Shown: one piece after another, positions 15,939 to 16,232 of the stretch | Position numbering within the stretch: the stretch's first letter is position 1 | How the letters are laid out: the number at the start of each line of letters is the position of its first letter | DNA from: a virus | Taxonomy: Duplodnaviria > Heunggongvirae > Uroviricota > Caudoviricetes | Length of the DNA: 16,232 bases | Virus record (IMG/VR): IMGVR_UViG_2562617151_000002 | Location: 1-16,232 of that record | Direction: 5' to 3' (one strand) | The notes under the pieces: model-generated | Seen by the model: only the letters and a program-made list of their open reading frames with translations | Database searches by the model: none | Told to the model about the DNA's origin: nothing | Program-made: the position numbers and the translations under genes

Positions 15939-16232
15939 ATGGATATAACACCTTTTCTTCATGCGCTTTGTGCTGTGGCTGCGCAGGTAATGATTGGTCT
16001 TTTTGCCGGAAACTGGGTTTACGGGGCGATAGCCGGTTGTACGTTCTTCATTGCGCGTGAACACACCCAGGCAGAATATCGCTGGATTGAAATGTTCGGG
16101 CATGGCAAGCGGATTAACATGCCGTGGTGGGGCGGTTTTGATCCGCGTGTTTGGGATGTGGCAAGCCTGATAGATTTTGCTGTGCCGGTGGTGGCGTGTC
16201 TGCTGGTCTGGCTGTTGGTTAATCGTGGGTGA
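15939..16232 (+). CDS. Small integral membrane protein (two predicted TM segments)
   Basis: ATG 15939 preceded by AAGGAGGAG. Hydrophobic segments ALCAVAAQVMIGLFAGNWVYGAIAGCTFFI and LIDFAVPVVACLLVWLLV. Stop codon is the last triplet of the window. Confidence 0.5.
   Translation: MDITPFLHALCAVAAQVMIGLFAGNWVYGAIAGCTFFIAREHTQAEYRWIEMFGHGKRINMPWWGGFDPRVWDVASLIDFAVPVVACLLVWLLVNRG

Noticed and set aside
1-16232. Search for tRNA genes, attachment-site repeats, IS elements or transposase genes
   Set aside because: No tRNA-like cloverleaf, terminal inverted repeats or transposase-like ORF were seen. The attachment sites probably lie outside the window, since int ends at position 1.

Overview
This window reads as an almost complete but heavily deleted lambdoid prophage (DLP12 / PA-2 / phage-21-like), not an ordinary chromosomal region. 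Gene order follows the lambda prophage map: int-xis and two small leftward genes (minus strand), then a rightward arm with a 5'-truncated replication-like frame containing iteron repeats, a nin-type region (PerC-like regulator, Dam-type methyltransferase, LexA-N-terminal-domain protein, RusA resolvase, antirepressor-like protein, Cys-rich HNH-like protein, Q antiterminator), an oppositely oriented OmpC-family porin, a phage-21-type lysis cassette (dual-start holin, SAR endolysin, Rz with embedded Rz1), a KilA-N gene, an AT-rich reverse-oriented cargo pair, a lambda-like cos site, a nu1 stub joined to the 3' end of H, intact M, and a fusion of the L start codon to a repeat-rich side-tail-fibre gene. 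Three small genes follow, one with a tail-fibre intramolecular-chaperone domain. No cI/cro immunity region, N, exo/bet, intact O/P, head genes or most tail genes are present. The most promising candidate for something new is a LexA DNA-binding-domain-only protein encoded about 440 bp upstream of a near-consensus SOS box that precedes an antirepressor-like gene. Other leads are the PerC-like regulator, the tail-fibre fusion with a lectin-like C-terminus followed by a three-gene cassette, and the retained cos site in an element that cannot build its own particle. All family assignments come from reading translated motifs and from recalled lambda sequence; no database search was run.
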